Assembly: GCF_058153355.1 (NCBI RefSeq)
Contig: NZ_CM177019.1
DNA: 64,000 nucleotides
Strand: one strand, 5' to 3'
Shown: in pieces, positions 34,906-48,693 of the stretch
Position numbering within the stretch: the stretch's first letter is position 1
How the letters are laid out: each line of letters starts with the position of its first letter
Position numbers and translations under genes: made by a program
Notes under the pieces: generated by a model
The model's input: only the letters and a program-made list of their open reading frames with translations
Told to the model about the DNA's origin: nothing
The model's database searches: none

Positions 34906-35174
34906 CGTTGACTCCTTTTACAAAGTTGAACATTAAGTGTGGTCAACAATATCCACTCTTGCCAAAACATAAGAATTTTCATGTCAGACTCTTCTTAAGA
35001 AACGCTAAAACAAACATTGTCTAAACGCATTGCTTATTTTTATGGCCCGATGAGTAAAAAATCGACAGCGGGGTAAAAATTCGTAAAATGTTGCCGATAT
35101 CCAGACACTTTCTGTTATTTTTCCTACCTATTTTTTACATTTTCGATAAATTCATCTGCAAAGGGATAACCATA

Positions 35175-36275
35175 ATGTCAAATGCTCAAGAGGCGGTAAA
35201 AACCCGCCACAAGGAGACTTCGCTTATTTTCCCGGTTCTGGCGCTGGTAGTGCTGTTCCTGTGGGGAAGCAGTCAGACACTACCAGTGGTCATTGCCATC
35301 AACCTTCTTGCACTTATTGGTATTTTAAGTAGCGCCTTTAGTGTTGTCCGTCATGCGGACGTATTAGCCCATCGCCTGGGAGAACCTTACGGTTCGCTTA
35401 TTCTTAGCCTTTCAGTGGTTATTCTTGAAGTCAGTTTGATTTCAGCTCTAATGGCAACTGGCGACGCCGCACCGACGCTAATGCGTGATACGCTCTATTC
35501 AATCATTATGATTGTTACCGGTGGGCTGGTTGGCTTTTCATTATTGTTGGGCGGTCGTAAGTTTGCCACCCAATATATGAATCTGTTTGGTATCAAGCAG
35601 TATTTAATTGCGCTGTTCCCCCTGGCGATAATCGTACTGGTATTTCCAATGGCTCTGCCTGCGGCGAATTTTTCAACCGGTCAGGCGTTACTGGTAGCAT
35701 TAATTTCTGCGGCAATGTATGGTGTATTTTTGCTGATCCAGACCAAAACGCATCAAAGTTTGTTTGTCTACGAGCACGAAGATGACAGTGATGATGACGA
35801 CCCGCATCACGGTAAACCGTCTGCCCATAGCAGCCTGTGGCATGCTATCTGGTTGATTGTCCATCTGATTGCTGTTATTGCAGTCACCAAAATGAACGCC
35901 AGCCCGCTGGAGACTTTGCTCGACAGCATGAATGCCCCTGTCGCCTTTACTGGCTTCCTGGTGGCACTGTTGATTCTGTCGCCGGAAGGTTTAGGTGCGT
36001 TAAAAGCAGTGTTGAACAACCAGGTCCAGCGCGCGATGAATCTGTTCTTTGGTTCAGTGTTAGCAACCATTTCGCTTACCGTACCTGTCGTCACGCTAAT
36101 TGCCTTTATGACGGGTAACGAATTGCAGTTTGCACTTGGTGCGCCAGAAATGGTGGTGATGGTGGCCTCTTTAGTGCTGTGCCATATCTCCTTCTCCACC
36201 GGACGTACTAACGTGCTCAATGGCGCAGCGCATCTGGCACTGTTTGCCGCCTATTTGATAACGATATTTGCCTGA
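35175..36275 (+). CDS. chaA: Ca2+/H+ (Na+/H+) antiporter ChaA
   Basis: ORF 35088..36275; internal ATG at 35175 gives 366 aa MSNAQEAVKTRHKETSLIFPVLALVV...; multi-pass membrane protein. Confidence 0.9.
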   Translation: MSNAQEAVKTRHKETSLIFPVLALVVLFLWGSSQTLPVVIAINLLALIGILSSAFSVVRHADVLAHRLGEPYGSLILSLSVVILEVSLISALMATGDAAPTLMRDTLYSIIMIVTGGLVGFSLLLGGRKFATQYMNLFGIKQYLIALFPLAIIVLVFPMALPAANFSTGQALLVALISAAMYGVFLLIQTKTHQSLFVYEHEDDSDDDDPHHGKPSAHSSLWHAIWLIVHLIAVIAVTKMNASPLETLLDSMNAPVAFTGFLVALLILSPEGLGALKAVLNNQVQRAMNLFFGSVLATISLTVPVVTLIAFMTGNELQFALGAPEMVVMVASLVLCHISFSTGRTNVLNGAAHLALFAAYLITIFA

Positions 36276-36567
36276 CAGTTATATCTCCTCCGATGACGAA
36301 AATCGGGGGAGATAATATAAATTCCTGCTTATTGTATTTCTTCATACTACCTGAACAGGTCGTTAATCAGAATTGCGAGCCTGTACCACAACCTGCACTA
36401 AACCACTGCAACAGCTGTTGAAAAGCCGGAATGTACTCTTTATTGCAAACATTTCAGGGATGAAGTGAAGATGAATTGAGACGTAATATCCACACCAAGC
36501 CGGCGTTATCCGGTGAGGCGCAATGTTGCGGGGGCTTTATCCCTGGTGGCATTGGTTGCTGGAAAGA

Positions 36568-36633
36568 GAAAACCCCCGCACGTTGAGAGGTAAAACCTGA
36601 CAACAGAACGGGGGCTAATCTTGAACCATCAAC
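36568..36633 (-). ncRNA. rdl: Rdl-type antisense RNA (antitoxin of ldr), copy 1, approximate coordinates
   Basis: placed by the known ldr/rdl geometry (rdl lies antisense in the ldr 5' leader, about 48 bp upstream of the ldr start); region contains a GC-rich hairpin CCCCCGCACG...; no ORF. Confidence 0.45.
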
Positions 36634-36680
36634 AATTCAAGAATAGCCGCAAAATGTTGTCATTACAACAAGGCGGCTAT

Positions 36681-36788
36681 ATGACGCTCGCGCAGTTTGC
36701 CATGACTTTCTGGCACGACCTGGCAGCACCGATCCTGGCGGGGATTATTACCGCAGTGATTGTCAGCTGGTGGCGTAACCGGAAGTAA
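36681..36788 (+). CDS. ldr: Ldr-family small toxic membrane peptide (35 aa)
   Basis: ATG..TAA ORF MTLAQFAMTFWHDLAAPILAGIITAVIVSWWRNRK, followed by hairpin and T-run terminator. Confidence 0.8.
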   Translation: MTLAQFAMTFWHDLAAPILAGIITAVIVSWWRNRK

Positions 36789-37102
36789 GGTGAAAACGGG
36801 CGTCAGGCTGCCGTGATGGCAATATGCGCCCGAAACCGGCCGCAGGGGTAACAGCCTGCGGCCCTTTTTGTCTTTATCTCTTCTGCAAATAAATATTGGC
36901 AACCCGAGCTGGAAGCATCATCCAGAGCACTCATGAAACGACTGTAACAACTGTTGAAAAACCGGAATGCACTCTTCATTGCAAACATTTCAGGGATGAA
37001 GTGAAGATGAATTGAGACGTAGTATCCACACCAAGCCGGCGTTATCCGGTGAGGCGCAATGTTGCGGGGGCTCTATCCCTGGTGGCATTGGTTGCTGGAA
37101 AG

Positions 37103-37168
37103 AGAAAACCCCCGCACGTTGAGAGGTACAACCTGACAACAGAACGGGGGCTAATCTTGAAACCAGAC
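37103..37168 (-). ncRNA. rdl: Rdl-type antisense RNA, copy 2, approximate coordinates
   Basis: same position within LDR unit 2 as copy 1. Confidence 0.45.
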
Positions 37169-37215
37169 ACTTCAAGAATAGCCGCAAAATGTTGTCATTA
37201 CAACAAGGCGGCTAT

Positions 37216-37323
37216 ATGACGCTCGCGCAGTTTGCCATGACTTTCTGGCACGACCTGGCAGCACCGATCCTGGCGGGAATTATTACCGCAGCGATTGTCA
37301 GCTGGTGGCGTAACCGGAAGTAA
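37216..37323 (+). CDS. ldr: Ldr-family small toxic membrane peptide (35 aa), copy 2
   Basis: ORF MTLAQFAMTFWHDLAAPILAGIITAAIVSWWRNRK (V27A relative to copy 1). Confidence 0.8.
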   Translation: MTLAQFAMTFWHDLAAPILAGIITAAIVSWWRNRK

Positions 37324-37486
37324 GGTGAAAACGGGCGTCAGGCTGCCGTGATGGCAATATGCGCCCGAAACCGGCCGCAGGGGTAACAGCCTGCGGCCTT
37401 TTTTGTATCCGGCCCCATGAAAAAAGCCTTAACGCAGAATGGACTGACCCATAACGCTAAGGCTTTTGTTTTCAAACAAAAAAAGA

Positions 37487-38350
<864 letters not shown>

Positions 38351-38376
38351 TTAATCTTGAGTAAAATGTCGATTAA

Positions 38377-39186
38377 TTAATGCAGCACAATATGTTTATG
38401 CGCGATGTTATTTATTTGCGCACGGATCATTTCGCTGATCGGGTCTTCCGGACACTGTTCAACGAAATAACTTAAATCGTTCAACGCAACGTGTTCGCAA
38501 TCCAGTTGCGCATAAATCAACCCGCGATCGCGAATTTCATAGGGATCTTCCGGGTTGAATTGTAATAATGCTTCGCTGGTACGTAGCGCCAGCTCCATCT
38601 GATTTTCTTCCATCAACGAAGCTTTGAGTGTATCCAGCAATTTGCGGATTACCTCAATGTTATCAGCTTCATCAAGGTCTTCATAAAACAGTTCCGCCGA
38701 CGGGCTGATATTTCCCTTTAACCATACGTCCAGCATATGTTCGCTTAACGATTCACCGTTAAAAGGATTAATCAGCCAAATTTCGCCATCCGGACATTCA
38801 ATGCGCAATATCAGCTGCGTAGGGAAAATCACCGGCAGCAGCGGCAAATCGAGACGATTCGCGACCCATAATAAAACGGCACCTAATGATACGGCACTGC
38901 CCTGTCGATTCTTTAACACCTGGTCCAGCCATAATGCATCGGAAAGACGATAAACGCCGCGTGAGGCTTTAAATCCCCAGTCGCCGTAAAACAGCGCGAT
39001 CAGTTTTTCCAGCTGCTCTTCTAAAGGCAGAAGCTGGCTGATTTCTTCCTTCGCCAGAGTAACGAGACGCTCCAGTTCGTCGTAAACATCTTGCGAGGGA
39101 AAATCGCGGCGGATTGCTTCGCAAGCCAGGATCATGCCTTCGCACAATGGCGCTTTATTAAATTCGAAATCAGCTAACGATCTCAT
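38377..39186 (-). CDS. sirB1: SirB1/YchA, transglutaminase-like/TPR protein
   Basis: 269-aa ORF; position between kdsA and sirB2. Confidence 0.8.
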   Translation of the reverse strand: MRSLADFEFNKAPLCEGMILACEAIRRDFPSQDVYDELERLVTLAKEEISQLLPLEEQLEKLIALFYGDWGFKASRGVYRLSDALWLDQVLKNRQGSAVSLGAVLLWVANRLDLPLLPVIFPTQLILRIECPDGEIWLINPFNGESLSEHMLDVWLKGNISPSAELFYEDLDEADNIEVIRKLLDTLKASLMEENQMELALRTSEALLQFNPEDPYEIRDRGLIYAQLDCEHVALNDLSYFVEQCPEDPISEMIRAQINNIAHKHIVLH

Positions 39187-39189
39187 GAC

Positions 39190-39582
39190 TTACCCCAGTA
39201 ACGGTACTTTTGTGGTGGCGAGTTTAATGATGATGTACAGCACCACCAACGCCAGCGGGAAGGCAATAATGCGCGCCTGCTGACTGTGCATACGACGATA
39301 ATCGAGTGCAATAAAACCCAAAACGATATAAATGATAACTCCAAACAGCTTTTCAGTCAGCCACTGTGCCTGCCCGGAAAATGGCAGGATGTGCGCTTTA
39401 GCCATCAACGCAATGCCGCTTAACAATAACACCGTATCGACAACCGGCGGCACAATGCGCGTCCAACGAGCAAATGCCTGTGGATGCTTCTGATAACGTA
39501 GCCAGAAACGTAAGGTTAATAGCCCTACAGAAAGCGCAATGCTAATGAGATGAACGCTAAGCAGTGTAGAAAAACTTGTCAT
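39190..39582 (-). CDS. sirB2: SirB2/YchQ small inner membrane protein
   Basis: 130-aa hydrophobic ORF. Confidence 0.8.
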   Translation of the reverse strand: MTSFSTLLSVHLISIALSVGLLTLRFWLRYQKHPQAFARWTRIVPPVVDTVLLLSGIALMAKAHILPFSGQAQWLTEKLFGVIIYIVLGFIALDYRRMHSQQARIIAFPLALVVLYIIIKLATTKVPLLG

Positions 39583-40412
39583 TGATAATAGCGGCCGAGC
39601 GTTACGCGCTCGTTATCACCATAGTCCCGACAGGTTTCGACGTCATGATATCCCGCGTGGATAAATGCCTGTCGCACCGCTTCGCCCTGCTGCCAGCCAT
39701 GTTCCAGAAGCAGAAAGCCGCCGGATACCAGCGCGTTACGCGACTGTTCAATGATATGCACGATGTCTGCCATTCCACTGTCTGCCGCAACCAGCGCAGT
39801 GAGTGGCTCAAAGCGGACATCGCCTTGTTGAAGATGTGGGTCCTGCTCGTCAATATACGGCGGATTACTGACAATCATCGCAAACTGCTGCCCGGCTAGC
39901 GCGCTAAACCAGTCGCTTTGCAGAATATGGATATTTTTGATCGCCAGATGCCGGGCATTACGTTGCGCCAGAGAGACAGCATCTGGCATACGATCTACAG
40001 CGGTAATTTCAGAGTCCGGGCGCTCGCTAGCCAGCGCCAGCGCAATCGCCCCGGTACCCGTCCCGAGATCGAGAATACGGCAAGGCTGTTCAGGCAACCG
40101 CGCCAGTGCCTGCTCCACCAGACACTCCGTATCCGGGCGCGGAATTAAGGTCGCTGGCGAAACAAATAACGGCAGCGACCAGAATTCTCGCACCCCGGTT
40201 AAATGAGCAATAGGTTCACCATCGCGACGACGCGTCAGTAGCGCATCAAGTTGCTGACATTGTTCGTCAGTCAGCTGCGTTTCACCAAAGGCGAGAATAA
40301 AAGTACGCCCTTTGCCGGTAACATGCTCCAGCAGGATTTCAGCATCACGCCGCGGGCTTTCGCTCGCCTGAAGTTGGCTTATTGCTTCACGTAACCAGTG
40401 TTGATATTCCAT
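39579..40412 (-). CDS. prmC: release factor glutamine N5-methyltransferase PrmC (HemK)
   Basis: 277-aa ORF with SAM-binding GTGTG motif and NPPY catalytic motif. Confidence 0.93.
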   Translation of the reverse strand: MEYQHWLREAISQLQASESPRRDAEILLEHVTGKGRTFILAFGETQLTDEQCQQLDALLTRRRDGEPIAHLTGVREFWSLPLFVSPATLIPRPDTECLVEQALARLPEQPCRILDLGTGTGAIALALASERPDSEITAVDRMPDAVSLAQRNARHLAIKNIHILQSDWFSALAGQQFAMIVSNPPYIDEQDPHLQQGDVRFEPLTALVAADSGMADIVHIIEQSRNALVSGGFLLLEHGWQQGEAVRQAFIHAGYHDVETCRDYGDNERVTLGRYYQ

Positions 40413-41494
40413 TATTCCTGCTCGGACAACGCCGCCAGTTGGTCGGCCTGATGTTCCTGGATAATCGGTTCAATCAGCATATCCAGCTTACCTTCCATCA
40501 CTTCATCCAGACGGTAGAGCGTCAGGTTGATGCGGTGATCGGTAACGCGCCCCTGCGGGAAATTGTAAGTACGGTTACGGTCGCTGCGATCGCCACTCCC
40601 CAGCAGGTTACGACGGGTAGACGCTTCGGCCTGTTGCCGTTTTGCCATTTCTGCAGCGTGGATGCGAGCACCAAGTACAGAAAGTGCTTTAGCTTTGTTT
40701 TTATGTTGTGAACGTTCGTCCTGACATTCAACAACAATCCCGGTCGGCAAGTGAGTAATACGAATTGCCGAATCGGTGGTGTTAACGTGCTGACCACCCG
40801 CCCCTGACGAGCGGAAAGTATCAATGCGCAAATCTGCTGGGTTGATGTCCGGCAGTTCTGCGTCAGGCAGTTCTGGCATTACCGCAACGGTACAAGCAGA
40901 AGTATGAATTCGACCCTGCGATTCCGTAGCAGGCACACGCTGCACGCGATGACCGCCAGATTCGAATTTCAAACGACCATATACACCATCACCGCTAATT
41001 TTGGCGATGATCTCTTTATAGCCACCATGTTCACCCTCGCTGGCGCTCATGATTTCTACACGCCAGCGGCGGGCTTCGGCGTAACGGCTGTACATACGGA
41101 ACAGATCGCCAGCGAAGAGCGCCGCTTCGTCGCCGCCGGTTCCGGCACGGACTTCGAGGAAGGCGTTACGTTCGTCATCAGGATCTTTTGGTAGTAACAG
41201 AACCTGTAATTGCTGTTCCAGTTGCTCGCTTTTTTCTTTAGCTTCGCGCAGTTCATCCTGCGCCATCTCACGCATTTCAGGATCGTCGAGCATCATCTGT
41301 GCGGTTTCGATATCTTCCTGAACCTGTTGCCAGTCGGTAAAACAGCGCGAAACATCACTTAACTGCGCATATTCGCGTGATAATGCGCGAAAACGTTCCT
41401 GGTCGGCGATAGTTTGCGCGTCACCCAGCAATGCCTGAACTTCTTCATGGCGTTCATGCAGGGCTTCCAGTTTGGCAACGATAGAAGGCTTCAT
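40412..41494 (-). CDS. prfA: peptide chain release factor 1
   Basis: 360-aa ORF with GGQ motif ([15 protein letters not shown]) and PxT-type recognition region. Confidence 0.97.
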
Positions 41495-41535
41495 AGGCGT
41501 AAATGCACCCTGTAAAAAAAGAAAATGATGTACTG

Positions 41536-42792
41536 CTACTCCAGCCCGAGGCTGTCGCGCAGAATATTCAGGCGTTCGTTATCCCCATCACGGGCAGCCT
41601 GTTGAAGTGATTTCGTTGGCGCATGGATCAGGCGGTTAGTCAGTTTCCATGCCAGATCCTGCATAATGGCTTGCGCGTCGCCGCCCTGCTCAAGGGCTGC
41701 TAACGCTTTGGCGGTTAACTCATCGCGAACTTGCTCTGCCTGGCTGCGATACTCGCGAATGGTTTCGCTGGCACTTTGTGCACGCAGCCAGGCCATAAAT
41801 TCGCTGGTTTCCTGAGCGACGATAGTTTCCGCCTCAACTGCGGCAGCTTTACGTTGCGCCAGGTTATGCGAAATAATGCTTTGCAGATCGTCAACACTAT
41901 AAAGGTAAGCATTCGCCAGTTTGCCAACTTCCGGCTCAACATCGCGCGGAACGGCAATATCTACCAACAGCATCGGTTGGTTGCGACGGCTTTTTAATGC
42001 GCGCTCCACCATGCCTTTACCGATAATCGGCAACGGACTGGCGGTAGAACTAATGATGATATCGGCTTCGCGCAGACGTTCGTCAATATCGCTCAAGGCA
42101 ATCACTTCTGCGCCGACTTCATCTGCCAGAATTTGGGCGCGTTCGCGAGTACGGTTGGCGATAATCATCTTCTGTACTTTGTGTTCACGTAGATGACGCG
42201 CCACCAGCTCGATGGTTTCGCCCGCACCCACCAGCAGTACCGTCACCGTAGAGAGCGATTCAAAGATCTGACGCGCCAGCGTACAAGCCGCAAAAGCGAC
42301 AGACACAGCGCTGGCACCGATATCGGTTTCAGTGCGAACGCGTTTCGCGACAGAGAAAGATTTCTGGAACATGCGTTCCAGTTCGCTGGCCTTCATATGG
42401 CCTTTTTGCGAATCGGCAAACGCCTTTTTAACCTGACCGAGGATCTGCGGTTCCCCCAGAACCAGTGAATCCAGGCCGCTGGCAACACGCATTAAATGGC
42501 TAACTGCATCGTTATCCTGATGCCAGTAGAGGCTTTTACGCAGATCGTCTTCATTGAGATTATGGTAATCGCAAAGCCAGCGGATTAACGCCTCTTGCAG
42601 GTTATCCTGCTCTTCAACGCTAAGATAAAGTTCTGTGCGGTTACACGTCGACAGTACCACGCCGCCCTGCACCATCGGCTGCGCAAGCAGGCTGTCAAGC
42701 GCCTGATCGAGCTTATCCGGCGAAAACGATACACGTTCTCGCAGCGATACAGGAGCCGTTTTATGGTTGATACCGAGTGCTAAAAGGGTCAT
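41536..42792 (-). CDS. hemA: glutamyl-tRNA reductase
   Basis: ORF 41536..42990; ATG at 42792 gives 418 aa [21 protein letters not shown]... Confidence 0.93.
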
Positions 42793-42936
42793 GTCTGCGG
42801 GAAATAATACCAACGTTGATAGGGTTAGTCTGCTCGCATCATACAGGATGCGCGAGATCAATAAAAGAGAGTGCCCCCTTTTGGAGTAATTGCCGAAAGC
42901 CGTTAGATTCTGGCAATTAAGACAACTTGAACATAG

Positions 42937-43628
<692 letters not shown>

Positions 43629-43629
<1 letters not shown>

Positions 43630-44480
43630 TGCGGACACAGTGGCCCTCTCCGGCAAAACTTAATCTGTTTTTATACATTACCGGTCAGCGTTCGGACGGT
43701 TACCACACGCTGCAAACGCTGTTTCAGTTCCTGGATTACGGCGACACCATCAGCATTGAGCTTCGTGACGATGGGGATATTCGTCTGTTAACCCCCGTTG
43801 AAGGCGTGGAACATGAAGATAACCTGATCGTTCGCGCAGCACGGTTGCTGATGAAAACAGCAGCCGCCAGCGGGCGTCTTCCTACGGGAAGCGGTGCAGA
43901 AATCAGTATTGACAAGCGTTTGCCGATGGGCGGCGGTCTGGGTGGTGGTTCATCCAATGCCGCGACGGTGCTGGTGGCATTAAACCATCTCTGGCAATGC
44001 GGGCTAAGCATTGATGAACTGGCGGAAATGGGGCTGACGCTGGGCGCAGATGTTCCTGTCTTTGTTCGGGGGCATGCCGCGTTTGCCGAAGGCGTTGGTG
44101 AAATACTAACGCCGGTGGATCCGCCAGAGAAGTGGTACTTGGTGGCGCACCCTGGTGTAAGTATTCCGACACCGGTGATTTTTAAAGATCCTGAACTCCC
44201 GCGCAATACGCCAAAAAGGTCAATAGAAACGTTGCTAAAATGTGAATTCAGCAATGATTGCGAGGTTATCGCAAGAAAACGTTTTCGCGAGGTTGATGCG
44301 GTGCTTTCCTGGCTGTTAGAATACGCCCCGTCGCGCCTGACTGGGACAGGGGCCTGTGTCTTTGCTGAATTTGATACAGAGTCTGAAGCCCGCCAGGTGC
44401 TAGAGCAAGCCCCGGAATGGCTCAATGGCTTTGTGGCGAAAGGCGTTAATCTTTCCCCATTGCACAGAGCCATGCTTTAA
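43629..44480 (+). CDS. ispE: 4-diphosphocytidyl-2-C-methyl-D-erythritol kinase
   Basis: 283-aa ORF with GHMP kinase motif [14 protein letters not shown]. Confidence 0.95.
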
Positions 44481-44504
44481 GCCGGGCAAGCTGAGTTTCG
44501 GTGA

Positions 44505-45578
<1,074 letters not shown>

Positions 45579-45595
45579 TCGAACCCGGCTCAAAG

Positions 45596-45618
45596 ACCCG
45601 CTGCGGCGGGTTTTTTTG
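45596..45618 (+). terminator. prs rho-independent terminator
   Basis: CCCGC-TGCG-GCGGG hairpin followed by TTTTTTTG. Confidence 0.6.
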
Positions 45619-45702
45619 TCTGTAATATCCATTTGTATGACCTATGCCTCCTTCACCTGCCATTTAGTTGACAGATGATGCGCTCACGGATGAAACATTA
45701 TT

Positions 45703-47382
45703 GTGAACAAAATATTTTCCTCACATGTGATGCCTTTCCGCGCTCTGATCGACGCTTGCTGGAAAGAAAAATATACTGCCGCACGGTTTACCCGTGACCT
45801 GATTGCCGGGATAACCGTCGGGATTATTGCTATCCCGCTGGCAATGGCGTTAGCTATTGGTAGTGGTGTGGCACCCCAGTACGGTTTATATACCGCAGCT
45901 GTTGCGGGGATTGTCATTGCTCTGACGGGGGGGTCACGCTTTAGCGTTTCCGGTCCGACTGCGGCATTTGTGGTAATTCTCTATCCCGTTTCGCAACAGT
46001 TTGGACTGGCAGGACTGCTGGTCGCGACACTCATGTCAGGTGTCTTTTTGATCCTGATGGGGCTGGCACGTTTTGGACGCTTGATTGAATATATTCCGGT
46101 TTCCGTGACCTTAGGTTTCACCTCGGGTATCGGGATCACCATCGGTACCATGCAGATTAAAGATTTTCTCGGTCTGCAAATGGCCCATGTCCCGGAGCAT
46201 TATCTACAAAAAGTCGGCGCATTATTTATGGCGTTGCCGACCATTAATGTGGGTGATGCTGCCATTGGCATTGTGACGCTTGGCATTCTGGTTTTCTGGC
46301 CGCGTCTGGGCATTCGTTTGCCTGGTCACCTTCCGGCCTTGCTGGCTGGTTGCGCGGTGATGGGAATTGTTAACCTGCTCGGCGGACATGTTGCTACCAT
46401 CGGTTCGCAATTCCACTACGTCCTGGCCGATGGTACTCAGGGTAACGGTATTCCGCAACTGCTGCCACAGCTGGTACTGCCGTGGGACCTGCCTAATTCA
46501 GAATTCACGCTAACCTGGGATTCTATTCGCACACTGCTGCCTGCGGCATTCTCAATGGCAATGCTCGGCGCAATCGAATCTCTGCTCTGCGCCGTGGTAC
46601 TGGATGGTATGACCGGAACGAAACACAAAGCGAACAGCGAACTGGTTGGACAGGGACTGGGGAATATCATCGCCCCGTTCTTTGGTGGTATTACCGCTAC
46701 AGCTGCCATCGCGCGTTCTGCCGCTAACGTCCGTGCCGGGGCAACTTCCCCTATCTCGGCGGTGATTCACTCTATTCTGGTTATTCTTGCCCTGCTGGTA
46801 CTGGCACCGCTGCTCTCCTGGCTACCACTTTCCGCTATGGCTGCCCTGTTATTGATGGTGGCGTGGAACATGAGTGAAGCGCATAAAGTGGTCGATTTGC
46901 TTCGTCATGCGCCAAAAGATGACATCATCGTCATGCTACTGTGTATGTCATTGACTGTGCTGTTTGATATGGTTATTGCCATCAGTGTGGGGATCGTGTT
47001 GGCATCGCTGCTGTTTATGCGTCGTATCGCGCGTATGACTCGCCTGGCCCCAGTAGTCGTAGACGTTCCAGACGATGTCCTGGTTCTGCGCGTTATTGGC
47101 CCGCTGTTCTTTGCTGCGGCTGAAGGCCTGTTCACGGACCTCGAGTCACGCCTCGAAGGCAAGCGGATTGTCATTCTGAAGTGGGATGCCGTTCCGGTGC
47201 TTGATGCTGGTGGCCTTGATGCGTTCCAGCGTTTTGTGAAGCGTCTGCCCGAAGGATGTGAACTCCGCGTGTGTAACGTGGAATTCCAGCCGCTGCGCAC
47301 TATGGCTCGCGCAGGGATTCAACCGATCCCGGGACGCCTGGCGTTCTTCCCGAATCGTCGCGCGGCGATGGCGGATTTATAA
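45703..47382 (+). CDS. dauA: SulP-family C4-dicarboxylate transporter DauA (YchM)
   Basis: 559-aa ORF, SulP-type membrane domain plus C-terminal STAS domain. Confidence 0.9.
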   Translation: MNKIFSSHVMPFRALIDACWKEKYTAARFTRDLIAGITVGIIAIPLAMALAIGSGVAPQYGLYTAAVAGIVIALTGGSRFSVSGPTAAFVVILYPVSQQFGLAGLLVATLMSGVFLILMGLARFGRLIEYIPVSVTLGFTSGIGITIGTMQIKDFLGLQMAHVPEHYLQKVGALFMALPTINVGDAAIGIVTLGILVFWPRLGIRLPGHLPALLAGCAVMGIVNLLGGHVATIGSQFHYVLADGTQGNGIPQLLPQLVLPWDLPNSEFTLTWDSIRTLLPAAFSMAMLGAIESLLCAVVLDGMTGTKHKANSELVGQGLGNIIAPFFGGITATAAIARSAANVRAGATSPISAVIHSILVILALLVLAPLLSWLPLSAMAALLLMVAWNMSEAHKVVDLLRHAPKDDIIVMLLCMSLTVLFDMVIAISVGIVLASLLFMRRIARMTRLAPVVVDVPDDVLVLRVIGPLFFAAAEGLFTDLESRLEGKRIVILKWDAVPVLDAGGLDAFQRFVKRLPEGCELRVCNVEFQPLRTMARAGIQPIPGRLAFFPNRRAAMADL

Positions 47383-47436
47383 GTACGAAATTGACCAGTC
47401 AGCGCAAACTGACTGGTCAGCAAAAGGCATTATTTG

Positions 47437-47715
47437 TTAGCTATGACGGCGATTGTCGCTACGGCGGCAACGTTTGTCATAGTGGCGAACCCACCAGTAA
47501 CGGTCGCACACCTGTTCATGCCCGCCAACACGGGCACCCGCCAGCCAGAGAATGGCACCGACGAAAATACTTAGCACTGCACCATGTGCGAAATACTGGG
47601 GCATATTAAACTGTGGTAACTGGTTGAGGATTGAATACCCCACACCAACTACCATCACCACCAGACCCAACCCCATGAGCACGTTACCGAGTAACGAAGC
47701 GTTTTTGCGTTTCAT
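47437..47715 (-). CDS. ychH: small inner membrane protein YchH
   Basis: 92-aa ORF with two hydrophobic helices; between dauA and pth. Confidence 0.75.
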   Translation of the reverse strand: MKRKNASLLGNVLMGLGLVVMVVGVGYSILNQLPQFNMPQYFAHGAVLSIFVGAILWLAGARVGGHEQVCDRYWWVRHYDKRCRRSDNRRHS

Positions 47716-47992
47716 ATGTCACCTCCGGAACTTTCTGGGTTGTAACAGGGAATACCCCTCTTCCTTATGTGTAAAGTATAGACAACACCCTGTGGGTTAT
47801 GTGCGGGTGTGATCACAATTACAACCCTTATTTCAACAAAACTTTACAAATAAACGCCTGAACACCTTGACTTTCTAATAGTCCACTTAGGCAATTATTG
47901 CGTTATCTGCATTTGATACGCAGTTTTTTGTCAAGCGGGGCCGCAACCAGTAAACTACGCGCCAGTTATGTACACACTCAGGACAAAAAAAC

Positions 47993-48577
47993 GTGACGAT
48001 TAAATTGATTGTCGGCCTGGCGAACCCCGGCGCTGAATACGCCGCAACGCGACATAATGCTGGTGCCTGGTTCGTTGACTTACTGGCAGAGCGATTGCGC
48101 GCTCCGCTGCGCGAAGAGGCTAAATTCTTTGGTTATACTTCGCGAGTCACCCTTGGAGGCGAAGATGTCCGCCTGTTAGTCCCGACTACATTTATGAATC
48201 TCAGCGGCAAAGCCGTTGCGGCGATGGCCAGTTTTTTCCGCATTAATCCGGACGAAATTCTGGTGGCCCACGACGAACTGGATCTGCCTCCTGGCGTCGC
48301 CAAATTTAAGTTGGGCGGTGGCCATGGTGGTCACAATGGACTGAAAGACATCATCAGTAAATTGGGTAATAACCCTAACTTTCACCGTTTACGCATCGGA
48401 ATTGGTCATCCAGGCGATAAAAATAAAGTTGTCGGTTTTGTGTTAGGCAAACCGCCTGTTAGTGAACAGAAGTTAATTGATGAAGCCATCGACGAAGCGG
48501 CACGTTGTACTGAAATATGGTTTACAGATAGCTTGACCAAAGCAACGAACCAATTGCACGCCTTTAAAGCGCAATAA
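47993..48577 (+). CDS. pth: peptidyl-tRNA hydrolase
   Basis: 194-aa [32 protein letters not shown]... Confidence 0.95.
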   Translation: MTIKLIVGLANPGAEYAATRHNAGAWFVDLLAERLRAPLREEAKFFGYTSRVTLGGEDVRLLVPTTFMNLSGKAVAAMASFFRINPDEILVAHDELDLPPGVAKFKLGGGHGGHNGLKDIISKLGNNPNFHRLRIGIGHPGDKNKVVGFVLGKPPVSEQKLIDEAIDEAARCTEIWFTDSLTKATNQLHAFKAQ

Positions 48578-48693
48578 GTCGTTGTCTGCGGCATTTTTGC
48601 CGAGTGCCGTGTATAATAGGCAAAGTTATTTCCATTTCTGCAATCTGTTAGCAATAACAGGTTGATTATTAAGATATTAAGGTGATTTAAATC

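Larger units (their letters stand above)
36404..36939 (+). repeat. LDR (long direct repeat) unit 1, ldr/rdl type I toxin-antitoxin locus
   Basis: about 536-bp unit repeated in tandem at 36940 onward with near identity. Confidence 0.75.
36940..37400 (+). repeat. LDR unit 2
   Basis: near-identical to unit 1 with scattered substitutions. Confidence 0.75.
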
